Shown here piece by piece: positions 49,601 through 61,853 of a stretch of 64,000 nucleotides of DNA. This DNA comes from Heteronotia binoei. Its lineage: Eukaryota. The notes under the pieces are model-generated. The model saw only the letters and a list, made by a program, of their open reading frames with translations, searched no databases and was not told where the DNA came from. The position numbers were made by a program, and so were the translations under genes. How positions within the stretch are numbered: position 1 is the stretch's first letter; each line of letters opens with the position of its first letter. The stretch covers positions 38,440,001-38,504,000 of the forward strand of contig NC_083231.1 in NCBI RefSeq assembly GCF_032191835.1, written 5' to 3'.

Positions 49601-52600
49601 GATCGCAGGAGCCGGGAGCTCAGGTGCTAGAGCTCCTTGGAAAAAAACCCTAAAACAGGACTCTTACCTGCTTACCAGCCACCCAAAAACGATAAAATCC
49701 GGATGGGTTGACCCCGTCGCCGAGAGGGAAGTGAGGCACTGGAGGGTCTTGTGGTGCGTGTTGGTGTGGACGGAGTGTGGACGGAGTTTGCCAGCGAGCC
49801 GTGAGTGGGGTCTGCTGTGGACGCCGAGGCAGCGGCATGGACTGGGAGGCGGCCAGTGGAGCGACGAGCAGAGCCGGCGGCGCTGGGCGAAGTGAGGCAG
49901 CTGGGCGGTGGAATCGATGCCTGCAGGGCGAGTGGGGCTGGAGATGAGCAGAGTCGACGTCTGCAGAGCGAGCCGAGCCGGAGACATTTGCAAGGCGATT
50001 GCAGCAACCGAGCTGCCGACATGGCCGGGCGCCAGGAGAGGCGCACCGACAGAGGAAGTGCGGGGTGTCGGCGGATGAAGCCTGGGTGCCGCTGCTGAGG
50101 AGGAGAGCCCATGAAAGCAGCCGGGTGCACAGACAAAGCGGGGGCCCTGAGCGGAGCCCTGAGCGGACCGGTTATCTCCAAGGACCGGTTATCTCCAAGG
50201 AGAACAGTGGAGCCCACTACGTGACAGGGAACATGAAAGGGGTCTCTGCCCTCCCCGGGTTCACCAGGTCGCGTGGAGAGCACCGGACCTGGACCCCTGG
50301 CTGGAGAACCCTGCACCAGGTAGGGCACCTACAGTCTTCAGTATTACATCTGGCACGGCACTGCCTCGGCGCCAGCGCTCGGCTTTGCACTGACTTGCAC
50401 TTTACCACTCTTAACACTTTACCACTCTTAACATCCTACCTCACATTATACCACACTCAGCACCCTTCCTTGCACTTTCACTTACCTTAATTAGGAAGAA
50501 CCTATATTGCACTTTAACAACGTCCTACCTCCACACTCAGGAACTACTAGTGTAAAATTGATTTTAATTAACTCATTGGATTTATTTATTATATTTATTG
50601 GGTCTGAATTTATATGAATATTATTGGCGAATTAAATTGAAGATGTTTAATAGGGTGGGATTTATAATTATTGCATTAGATTTAAATTATTTATTTGTCC
50701 AATTAATATATAAGAGAAATTGAGGGTTGGGTTTTATTGAGTTGATCTGACTGTTGGGACCTAGTAGGGCAGAGTGGGTTGGAAAGTATTAGTGATTGCT
50801 GTGCATCGGTGGCAGTTAAGACAGTGACTACTACCAGTGGGGAATGGCTGGTCTAGGGATTCCAGTGCTCCTGGGGAGGGGGAGGTATGGTGGTGAGAGC
50901 AGACGATACAAGGGAGGGAGACCGAGACAAGTCAGGGCTCGTTCACCCTCCAATCTGCGTCCCATCCCAACGGTGACAGGTGGTAGGGTCAGGTTGAATA
51001 ATTCACCTCTGTTATTGATGTTATGCAATGCCAGGTCCATTAATAATAAGACCTCAGTCCTTCGAGAGTTTTTACTCGAACAGGACATGGACCTGGCATG
51101 CGTGACCGAAACCTCGGTATGAGAGGGAGACACAGTGGCCCTCTCACAAACAGCTCCCCCAGGTTATTCAGTCTTTCACCAATCACGTACTAGCACTTTA
51201 CCACTCTTAACACTTTACCACTCTTAACATCCTACCTCACCAATCACGGACTAGCGGGCAGGGGGGAGGAGTGGCGTTATTTATACGAGAGGCTTACTCC
51301 TTTAGGGCGCTCCTGGCTCCAAGGATCGAGGGTATCGAATGTGCCGGTTTGACATGGGAGGCTGGAGAGGGGTTGGCAGTCTGGCTGGTATACCGTACGC
51401 CTAACGCACCAGCCAGTGCTTTACCGTCCCTACTCGAGGCGGCGACAGGCTGGGCGTTGAAGCACCCAAGGTTGATAATCCTGGGTGACTTCAATGTCCA
51501 TGCTGATGACCTGGCCTCTAGTCAGGTGGCGGACCTAGTGTTACCATGGCGGCACTAGGACTCTCTCAATTTGTTACAGCTCCCACGCAGCAGGCCGGGC
51601 ACATGTTAGACTTAATCTTTGTGGCCCGGGTTACAGTGGACAATATAGCCACTGAAGTGGTGCCATGGTCGGACCACCTTGCCCTTAAGGCTCGTGTAGA
51701 TATGCCACCCCAAACCTGTTTAGGCGACAAGCCTATTATGGCTCGCCTGTGGAGCCAGATGGACCTGGAACGGTTCCAAAAGGCTCTGTGGAATCCCTGG
51801 CCCTCTGGCGATCCCCTTGATGACCTGATTGAGACCTGGAATAGCCGGCTCTCTAGGGCCATTGATGAGATCGCACCTCAATGCCCTCTACGACCTCGGA
51901 TTAGGCTGGCTCCGTGGTACACCCCGGAGTTACGCCAGCTGAAATAAGGTCTTAGACGGCTAGAGAGGCAATGGCGGCGTACTCGTAACGAAGCGGCCAG
52001 AACATCTTATAGGGAGTTTATGAGGTCCTATGAGATGGCAGTCAAGGCCACAAAGAAAATATACTTTGCGGCTAAGATTGCATCTGCAAATTCGCGCCCG
52101 GCACAATTATTTAGGATAATTCGGAACTTCACTTCACTGCCACAAGGCAAACCAAATGTTAAGGAATTGGAGATAGGCTGTGAGGCTTTTGTGAAATTTT
52201 TTGCAGACAAGGTCCAGTCACTCCGCCACGACTGCCCTGCCACATTAGATACAGTAAGTAAACTCGAGGCCCCGTGCGTGTCTTCTGGTTTGATCCTGGA
52301 CCACTTTGACCCGCTCGGCTTGGAGGAAGTTGACAGAATCCTTGTCACTGCACGCCCAACTACTTGTGATCTGGACCCATGCCTCTCCTGGCTAATTAAG
52401 GCCTACCGGGAGGAGCTAAGATGTCCTATACGGGACATCATAAATAGATCTCTTTCGGAGGGCTCTTTTCCAACGCCCCTGAAGGAGGCAGTGGTCCGCC
52501 CTCTCTTGAAAAAGGCTACATCTGATCCGGCTGAATTGGCTCACTATCGGCTGGTCTCAAATTTGCCCTTTTTGGGCAAAATCATTGAGAGGGTTGTGGC

Positions 52601-54107
52601 GTTGCAGTTACAGGGCTTCTTGGATGACACTTCCACCTTAGATCCATACCAGTCCAGCTTTCACCCGGGCCATGAGATGGAGACAGTGTTGGTCGCCCTC
52701 ATGGATGACCTCCGGCGACATCTAGATCGAGGCGGCTCGGCAGTATTGCTGTTGTTAGACCTATCGACTGCGTTCGATATGGTTGACCATCGGCTGCTGA
52801 CCTGCCGCCTCACCAATGCAGGAATTCGGAGGCTAGCCTTATAGTGGCTTTCCTCCTTCCTCGAGGGTTGGGGACAAAGGGTGGCGATTGGAGGAGAGCT
52901 ATCCCAGAGGTGCTTACTTAATTGTGGGGTGCCTCAAGGGGCAGTTCTCTCTCCAATGTTGTTTAACATCTTCATGCGCCCCCTTGCCCAGATTGCCCGA
53001 AGGTACGGACTGGGCTGTCACCAGTATGCTGATGACACCCAGCTCTATCTATTGATGGACGGCCGGACTGATGACGTCCCTGTAAATCTATACCGGGCGC
53101 TGCAAGCCATGGCAGGGTGGATCAAGTCGAGTGGGCTGAAGTTGAATCCAGCAAAGACAGAGGTCCTTTGTGTGGGTCGCGGCGGGCCAGGGGAGGAGAT
53201 CTCCCTACCAGCCTTTGACGGTGCGTTGCTGATACCGGTGCGCAGGGTCAAGAGCTTGGGAGTGTTACTGGAGCCTTCCTTGACAATGGAGGCACAGATA
53301 GCAGCCACTACTAAAGCCGCCTTCTTCCATCTTAGGAGGGCGAAGCAGCTGGCCCCCTTCCTGGAATGTGGCGACCTAGCAACAGTGATCCATGCAACGG
53401 TCACCTCGAGGTTGGACTACTGTAATGCCCTCTACATGGGGCTGCCCCTGTACCGAACTCAGAAACTGCAGCTAGTACAGAATGCAGCGGCCAGGCTGTT
53501 AGTGGGACTACCTCGGTGGGAACACATGCAGCCTAGGTTGTGGGAGCTGCACTGGCTGCCAATTGTGTTTCGAGTTCGTTACAAGGTGCTGGTTATTACC
53601 TTTAAAGCCCTATATGGCCGAGGACCTGCCTACCTTAGGGACCGCCTCTCTCCATATATCCCCCAGAGGGCACTGAGATCTAGCTCCCAAAATCTTCTAA
53701 AAATCCCTGGACCAAGGGAGGCCAAACTGAAAACAACACGAGAGCAGGACTTCTCAATAATGGCTCCCCATTGGTGGAATCAACTACCAGCGGAGGTTCG
53801 AGCCCTGCGGGACTATAATCAGTTCCGCAGGGCCTGTAAAACTGTCCTTTTTCAAATGGCCTACAAGATGGAATCCTGAAGTGACACCTAGCCATCTGAT
53901 ATATACTGTGTTGTACTAAAGCAGCTTTAACTGTTGTGGTTTTAATTAATTTATTTGAATGTATTTTATTGTATAATGTATTTATCGTAATCATGGCACA
54001 TGCCATGTCTATGAGCCGCCCTGAGCCTGCCTTGGCGGGGAGGGCGGGGTATAAATAAAAGTTGTTGTTGTTGTTGTTGTTATTATTATTGTTGTTGTTG
54101 TTGTTGT
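49601..54107 (+). mobile_element. Near full-length L2-clade LINE with disrupted ORF2 (APE + RT)
   Basis: ORF2 from ATG 50844: APE motifs NARSINNK, ACVTET, GGGVALFIRE, ILGDFNVH, WSDH; RT motifs LLLDLSTAFDMVDH, GVPQGAVLSPMLFN, YADDTQLY, LKLNPAKTEV, LHWLP. Stops at 51120, 51945 and 52842 plus frameshifts. 3' end AATAAA followed by a (TTG/TTA)n tail at 54061-54107. Confidence 0.95.
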
Positions 54108-54771
54108 GGTTCTCCTCACCCCGGCAAGTGGGCTAGGAAGGGATGGATACATCAACTGGCAGGTGGGTCAGTTGATGCCAGGATCCAGTGGTCCAATGTT
54201 GTGCTAAGGCTTCTCATAGCTGTAACCAACAAAAGTTGAGGCCATTTTATTCCAAACTGTGTGAGTGTTTGTGTTTATTAGCAGGTTGTGTAAAGGGGTC
54301 TTTGCTTTCACTGCCCAGTCACCACCCCTAGGCACTGGGACTATGGTCTTGAGAGAAAGATTTGAACACATTACTATTTTTTAAACCCTTGCTGTTCCTG
54401 CAAGAAGCCCAGGACAGCTTGCCCAGTTTCTCCCTTTCCCATTTATCTTTACCATAATCCTGTGCAGAATTTATGCCAAGATGTAGTGACTAGTTCAGAA
54501 CAGGGGATATATTGGCAATTACTCCAGAGTGTGTCTACCACTCTAGTGCAGCTGTGTGCATTGGTGATGATGCTTCCTTCTATACATATGGATATGACAG
54601 GCTGAACATGAAAGCCTTGAAAGAAATAAAATGTTTTTGAACCATGCTGCTTGCTCAATAGCTCAGGAAAGAATCTGTACCAGAAGTGAGCTTTTGCTTG
54701 TGGAACACACATGGACACATGACACATGTATCTATATGATGCAGAATGGTTTTAATTATATTAGATTTAGT

Positions 54772-55447
54772 TAGGGTTGCCAAGTCCAATTCAAGAAATA
54801 TATGGGGACTTTGGGGGTGGAGCCAGGAGACATTGGGGGCGGAGCCAGGAACAAGGATGTGACAAGCTTAATTGAACTCCAAGAGAGTTCTGGCCATCAT
54901 ATTTAAAGGGACAGCACACCTTTTTAAATGTCTTCCTTCCATAGGAAATAATAAAGGATAGAGGCACCTTCTTTTGGGGCTCATAGAATTGGACCCCCTG
55001 GTCCAATTGTTTTGAAACTTGGAGGGTACTTTGGGGAGGCACTAGATACTATACTGAAAATTTGGTGCCTCTACCTCAAAACACAGCTCCCCCAGAGCCC
55101 CCAAAACCTCCAGATCAATTCCCCATTATACCCTATGAGAATCAGTCTCCACAAAGGGAATAATGAAGTGCTCAGCAGATGTTTCCCTCCCCCCCCCCCC
55201 GTTTCTGGTGACTCTGAAGCAGGGGACTGGCCTCTCTACTCACAAGTTGCTGCCAGCTTCTTCACAGCAACACAGACACACCATCCCAAGAGGAAGCCTT
55301 TCAATCGGAGACTGAAGCCTCTGGAGGTGCAAAGGCACATGGTCCTTTGGGGGCGGGGCTTCCCCCCACCAGCCAGCTGACTGGGGGTGGGAAGGAGTCT
55401 GGGAAAGCGGAAGAACCCCTGCTGGGACCTGGGGATTGGCAAGCCTA
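54772..55447 (+). mobile_element. hAT-like non-autonomous element (TAGGGTTGCCA...TGGCAAGCCTA)
   Basis: TIRs plus 8-bp TSD GATTTAGT / TATTTAGT; homolog of 11735-12557. Confidence 0.88.
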
Positions 55448-56293
55448 TATTTAGTTGGACTTTTGTCTGGAAATAAGAGTACAAGTAAGCAAGACTGATC
55501 CTACTTGTTATAAAGCATGGTTGTAGCTCCCTCATAACCCATTCTAAGGCAAAATAAAAAACTCAAAAGAAATAATGCCTTAACTTGGTTTTACTGTGTT
55601 ACAATTCAGAACATGCCCAAACAGGCAGTCATATTCTGAAATATACTAAAGAGTTTCTAAATAATTTATTTCTTGAAAGAAGCTATTTGTACAAACAGCA
55701 GCAAACGAGAGCAATGTTTACAGCCATGTTATATCCCAGAAAAAGTGTAGTTTACAATAAACAACTATAGTACTACAATTAACTATAGTGCTAAAAATGG
55801 CAGGGTCATAAATTAGCCTTTTAGGAAAGTGTATAGTTATTTATGAAGTAAAACTTTCCGGTTTTTCTTACATCGCATTCCTATGCAGAGTTATTCTGGT
55901 CTAAGGCCATTGATTTTAATAGATTTAGAATGGAGTAATCAGCATTGGATTACACTTGGAATAATATAAAGCTAGCTGCACTTAAAATAGGCTAAAATAC
56001 AACTATCTTCCACAGAGACCTTTTCTGCAAGCCTGATTTATTCTTTATTTTATTGACAGTTGACCCATAGGAACTGAAATCAGTTTGACCACAGTTCTGC
56101 ATATTTGCCCTCCCAATGCATTTTCACTGCTGTGGACAGGGGGTTTTTTTTGTAGAAAAAGCCCTACAGGAACTCATTTGCATATTAGGTCACACACCCC
56201 TGATGCCAAGCCAGCTAGAACTGCATTCCTGTGTGTTCCTGCTAAAAAAAAATAAAAGCCCTGGTTGTGGAGTTGATTTTCTTCCACACGTAC

Positions 56294-56381
56294 CTTAAAT
56301 AATGAGGATTTTCAAGATATGGTGCTGTTGTCACTGGAATTGTCATTGGTGGAGTCACAGCATTTCTTAAAACCAACAACC
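56294..56381 (-). CDS. Candidate exon (GLLVLRNAVTPPMTIPVTTAPYLENPHYL)
   Basis: Acceptor ggatttcag, donor AAG|gtacgt, 88 nt open; phase 2 end fits the 43128 exon. A competing plus-strand exon overlaps it. Confidence 0.3.
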
Positions 56382-58684
56382 CTGAAATCCTACATATATA
56401 TGGTAAGTTGTCTTGCTGACAACTCACTTACTCTCCCATTGGCTGAGCTGCATGTTGCTAAATCTTCATGGAGAGCAACCCCATCCTCTAACCCTAGGAC
56501 ATTTGAGGACTGTGTCACTGGGGAAGCTGCCTTTGCATCTTATTGGCCTGTCCCGTCAGGTTCTCCATTTTCCCTCAGTAGCTGTTGTTAGGCCACCATA
56601 GTATTCCAAGTTTGGTTGTCAGTAAATGGCAAGGGGAGGAAACTCTTTCCAGGCTTCTTTTGGCCTTTGAGAGAGAACTCATTGGGGCCATTTCTGACTA
56701 GGGTTGCCAGCTCCAGGTTGGGAAATTCCTGGAGATTTTGTGGTGCAATCTAAGGAAGCCAGAGTTTCGGGAGGGGAAAGGCCTCAGCTGAATATGATGC
56801 CACAGAGTCCACCCTACAAAGCAGTGATTTTCCCCAGTGGGAGAGATATCTGTTATCTAGAGTTCAGTTGTGATACCAGGAGATTTTCAGACAAGTACAA
56901 TGATATAGCCACCCCCCACCCCATCCCAAACCAGCCTTTTCCTCCTGGGGAAAACTATTACCAATCTCCAAGTGAGGGCTGGAGATCACGCACAATTACA
57001 ACTGTTCTCCATATGGCAGAGTTCAGTTCCCCTGGAGAAAGTGGCTGCTTTGCAGACTGGGGCCTTTATTATAAAGCCTGTACATTAGTTTGGATTAGAG
57101 AATGGATGAAAGCTGAAAATACAAGACTGCTAAAGCTGGAAGGACACAACCCTAAATTAGGTTGGAGTGATTAATCAAGTGCAAAAAATTATTATAATAT
57201 TACTATGATATTAACACTAAGTATAAGACGGAAAATATTTTCCTTACATTCCCTTTGTAGTAAATTTTGACGTATTACCTATACTATATAATTGTTCTTA
57301 ATTTCTGTATTTTAACTACATCATTAGTTTTGTCATTACTACATATTCAGTATTACATATTTTCACCACTGCTACATAGTCATTAGAATCTTTAACAGAT
57401 AAAATAAATATCGAGGCATTTCTTCTTTCATTTGAAATGTTTTGATATTTGATGGTAATTCACACATAGCTATGACGTTATTCTTAGCCCTTAAAAAGTG
57501 CCATCTGTCCAACAAGGACAGAGATTATAACATTGATCTGTTTTTAGAGCAGCTGATTATTTTGTTTTCATTACTGAATACTGAGGCTGTGTGAAAGCAA
57601 TCTTCAGTGACAACAATAAATAATAAAAAGTGGCTCAGATTTTAATGATGGCATTTATTGTTTCAAAGACAAATCTTGAGCTCTCTGCCACTGCAAAGTG
57701 TCCTCACATAGGTATACCAAGTATCTTCCAACCGATCTCACTAATCAGTTTTGGAGAATGGAACAGCTGTTAAATAATTGTTCTTTACTCATAACTGAAG
57801 TATGTCTTGATCAATTTTGTCAAGCACAGAAACTGGCATCTCTTAGCATACATTTTAATACCTGAAATGTGTTTATATAAGATCCTATTTTCTACATCTA
57901 AGAAATATCTTTCATTATTTAAGGGGTAAAATTAATAGAAAATAAATAAGAATTGTATTATATTTTAAACTCCACCTCTGAAGTATTTTTTTACTTTCAT
58001 AATTTCATAACTCTTTAGCTACTTGTCGTTACAACTCAAAAAATGTCAACGAAGATTCTGAGTGCCACAATAATCCAACAAGTTAGATTTCTGATACTGA
58101 TATTACAGTTCTGCTTGTGCAAACAAGTATCCTGGACCTTTCTTATATCTGACTCAATCAGATTTAATTTTCATTGGGAAAAAAAACATAATTTATTTGC
58201 AAGTGGTTGTGAAAAATCTTGTGCATGGTAGTTGGAGAACACATTGAAATATGGCAGTCCACCTAACAATGTGGTAGAGACTCTGAGGTTTTGAACAATA
58301 CCACCCTCTCTCACCAAGCTTCACAAAGGATTTCCATATTGGGAAGGGGACCCTCAAAAATTTTCTTGCAAGTGCCTCTCAGATCCTGAAACATAAACAC
58401 TGCAAAATCAACAGTCACGGAAGCCACTGGAAAAGTTTATTTCAGATGAGCCAGCACTGCCCAAACATTACTTTCTGTGGCTAGAGATGGGCACAAACTG
58501 GGAAAATGCAGTTTGTAGTTTGTGGTATGCCCAGTTTGCAAACTATGAACTATCACAAGGACCAAATGAACTGGTTTCATTCAGTGGTTTGTGATATGGT
58601 AGAATGGCCCCCCAGCAAGCTGACTCTCCTTCATTTGCCCTCCATGGTCCCCCCCCCAATTCTGTTAACTTTGTTGCCCTATAA

Positions 58685-58820
58685 CAGGGGTGGCCAACGG
58701 TAGCTCTCAAGATGTTTTTTGCCTACAACTCTCATCAGCCCCAGCCAGCATGGCCAATGGCTGGGGCTGATGGGAGTTGGAGGCAAAAAACATCTAGAGA
58801 GCTACCGTTGGCCATCCCTG
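58685..58820. mobile_element. hAT-type palindromic MITE
   Basis: TSD CCCTATAA / CCTTATAA; homolog of 23027-23159. Confidence 0.88.
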
Positions 58821-58887
58821 CCTTATAACTTTTTACACTGATTTAAAATTTCATTCACACAACAAGCATTATGATTGAGGCCCACAC

Positions 58888-60008
58888 TCACTTCAGCAGC
58901 TTGAGAGAAGAAGAAGAAGAAGATGATGATATTGGATTTATATCCCGCCCTCCACTCCGAATCTCAGAGTCTCAGAGAGGCTCACAATCTCCTTTATCTT
59001 TTTCCCCACAGACACCCTTTGAGGTGGGTGGGGCTGAGAGGACTCTCACAGCAGCTGCCCTTTCAAGGACAACCTCTATGAGAGCTATGGCTGACCCAAG
59101 GCCATTCCAACAGCTGCAGGTGGAAGAGTGGGGAATCAGACCCTGTTCTCCCAGATAAGAGTCCACACACTTAACCACTACACCATACTGGCTCTGCACA
59201 CCAAACTGGCTGAGTGAAAAGTGTCAGATTCTCATAAGACTTGGGCCATTTCTGCATGTTGGCAATGACAGCATTGGTGTTTCCTGTCTGTCAAAATGCA
59301 CAGCAGGTCACAACATCTGCTGTGCTTGGTTCACTCCCCACAAGCCAGGATGTCTTGCTCAGGGCTGTGTTCATGGATTGCAGAACTACAGCCCTTTCTT
59401 TGTTTCACCCTTCTTTTAGCTGGAAGATGGCTGTATCTACCCAACTGTCAATCAAAGTGGTTGTCATCACATTGTGTTTTTGGTTGAGCAAAGAGAACAA
59501 GAATCTATCAATGTTCCCTTCTCCTTCAGTGGGATACATCATAATGGTTTGAATGCTGAATTTCATGGGGGGTTTCAAATTAGAGTAAATCCCAACTGGT
59601 ATTCATTATATGATTACTTCTTTGTTTGTTCACCAAAGCATTTCAAGAGGTGTTCTGGCACATGAGTGTGTGTGAATGGCAGATAATGTCTTGTAGTGGT
59701 CACACAGCATGCTGTGAGAATGAACAATGACAGTGGGAGTCAGGAGGGGTTGGCATTGATCACAATATCCTTCAGAGCATCACAGTCCTGTCCAAGTAAA
59801 TTATCCATGTCAGCAGCACTGGCAGTTAACAGAGCATGTTCATCTGCTGGATGATATTCATTGCACCAAAGTCCACATCTGGTATTTGAATAATCTTTGA
59901 TAGCCCATCCACGGATGCTTTCAATTCATACAAACATTTCAAGATCTCCTCTTGGTGGAATTAAAAGGCCTGAAGGGATTAATCTACCTCATCCTTATAC
60001 ATGGGCAT
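58888..60008 (-). pseudogene. AIMP2: Processed pseudogene of aminoacyl-tRNA synthetase complex-interacting multifunctional protein 2
   Basis: Minus-strand translation with stops and frameshifts: [101 protein letters not shown] and, beyond a SINE, LKLLK-stop. Matches vertebrate AIMP2 from memory and is intronless across the exon 2/3/4 junctions. Confidence 0.93.
58906..59211 (-). mobile_element. Sauria-type SINE inserted in the last codons of the AIMP2 retrocopy
   Basis: (GAA)n tail at ~58906-58925; head ACTTAACCACTACACCATACTGGCTCT with a short duplication of the 5' end. Confidence 0.9.
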
Positions 60009-61683
60009 CATGGTGAAAAGCTGTGGATGGTTTCTTCTCTACCTGCTCTCCAAATCCTGTGCAAATTAAATACATCAAACTTGCAGGGAAGCTCCAGCTG
60101 ACTATCTGCTCTTCAAGTTTGATGAGGAGAGGACTTATGATGTTCAAGTTATGCCCCTCCCTCCCCCAGAAGGTACCCCCAGGAAAGTGCTTTCTGGGGA
60201 AATGACACATGCAGATTCAGGAGTGTATAGAACAGATCCTGAGAAAGCTAGAGACATCAAAGTTGCAGGGGGCCTCCCTCAAATGCTCCTTTAATGGTCT
60301 CTAAGTTATGTTGCTTTAAAGTTTGTAAACATTTTTATTGAGCTGAGACAGTATGTTTGGAAATGTATTCATTCATGAACCATTTTGTGGAAAGTTTATG
60401 CTGATTGATCCACCATGAACCTCAGGGCACAAACCATGAACTGGCCAAAATTAATCACAAATTGGTTCATGCCAATCCCTATTTGTGATCAACTGCCACA
60501 ATTGTGGTCAGAACACCAACTGAATGTGCATCAATCATGTGTTTGAAAACTTCAATTTCCTATCTTTTGCTTATATTTAATTGGCAGCAGCATCTTATAT
60601 ATATATATCATATATGCATTATTATTTTTATAAGGTACGCAATAAACTTATTTATAACATTACTTATGTACTTTTAAAAATATTTTCTTGGAGTACTACA
60701 TCTTTCAGATAATGTTATCTCTGTATTACTTACCTGCCTTAAAATTACCAACAATGGGAGCCCCAGAGAAAATGTATTTTAAATAGTTAATTTCTTGAAC
60801 AGAAGTATGCCATATTTTCTAAGTGGAGAATATTAAATTGTAATTATAAATGTTCAAAGTATGCATGAAATACAGATGTTTATATGTGTCTACATAAAAA
60901 GCTATCATATGCATTTCATTTTTCTCTGGACCCACAAAGAAAATGATGAAATAACAATTTTCCAGTACATTAACACATATTGTACAGACAGAATGTTTTG
61001 CTTCAGTAGCTTTTGCATAGAAAACCCATGCAGAAACATCATGAACTCCAAAACATTATCAACATCTACAGTCTTCATACTTCATCCAGATGCTGTGGCC
61101 ACTTCTTAGGATCCAAGGTCCTCTGCAAAGGGGGCAGGTAGGGAGGTTGGGGATATATTTGCTCCACATAAGGTAATTGTCTTGTAGTTTTATAACTTTG
61201 TATTCTTTTCCTTAGATCTGTATCCACTAGGCATGACAGCTATTTTCTATATATATACTCTAGTTTAATCTTGAGTAATATTTTATTACTCAAGATTAAA
61301 CTAGATTCAAATCCTACCCATATGCCTAGACTGCTCATACATCCATGCTATGTGTGCATGGGAAGTGAAGGTAAAGCAGTTGGAAAGCTCTGCCCTTTGA
61401 ACTTGTTCAGACACAGCCTTTCTGGGGTTACCCAAGGCACTGGTTATGTGATAGGCTGACTTTTATAACTTGGGATGGTGGCACAAAGGAAAACATGCTT
61501 TCACATGCAGGCAATTATGCAACACACATGAGAGATCACATAGACCCATGCTGGGTTCATGATTGCCTCTACCCTCTAAGTTTGGCAATTAGTACAAAAT
61601 ATTAAGGAAGTATGTTTTTTTGAGGCTGATAATCCTGATTGATAAACCAGACATAAACATTTACATATTCAAAGTAGTAAGCA

Positions 61684-61853
61684 TGGGGTGGAATGCTAGC
61701 AGGAGCTTCTTTGCATATTAGGCCATACCCCCCTGATGTAGCCAATCCTCCAAGAGCTTACACAAAAGAGTCTTGTAAGCTCTTGGAGGATTGGCTACAT
61801 CAGGGGTGTGTGGCCTAATATGCAAAGGAGCTCCTGCTAGAATTCCACCCCTG
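61684..61853. mobile_element. hAT-type palindromic MITE
   Basis: Perfect 8-bp TSD AGTAAGCA (61676-61683, 61854-61861). Confidence 0.9.

Larger units (their letters stand above)
58482..60481 (+). mobile_element. TAGAGATGGGCAC...CCAATCCCTA TIR element (hAT-like) split by the AIMP2 retrocopy
   Basis: Left end 58482 TAGAGATGGGCACAAAC, right end ...GGTTCATGCCAATCCCTA at 60481; GAAC/GTTC-rich subterminal repeats on both sides; weak TSD TCTGTGGC / TTTGTGAT. Confidence 0.6.

Noticed and set aside
49599-50490. GC-rich ORFs in the L2 5' region as a possible ORF1
   Set aside because: No ORF1-type motif (RRM, zinc knuckle, esterase) recognisable; contains small tandem duplications at ~50150-50200.
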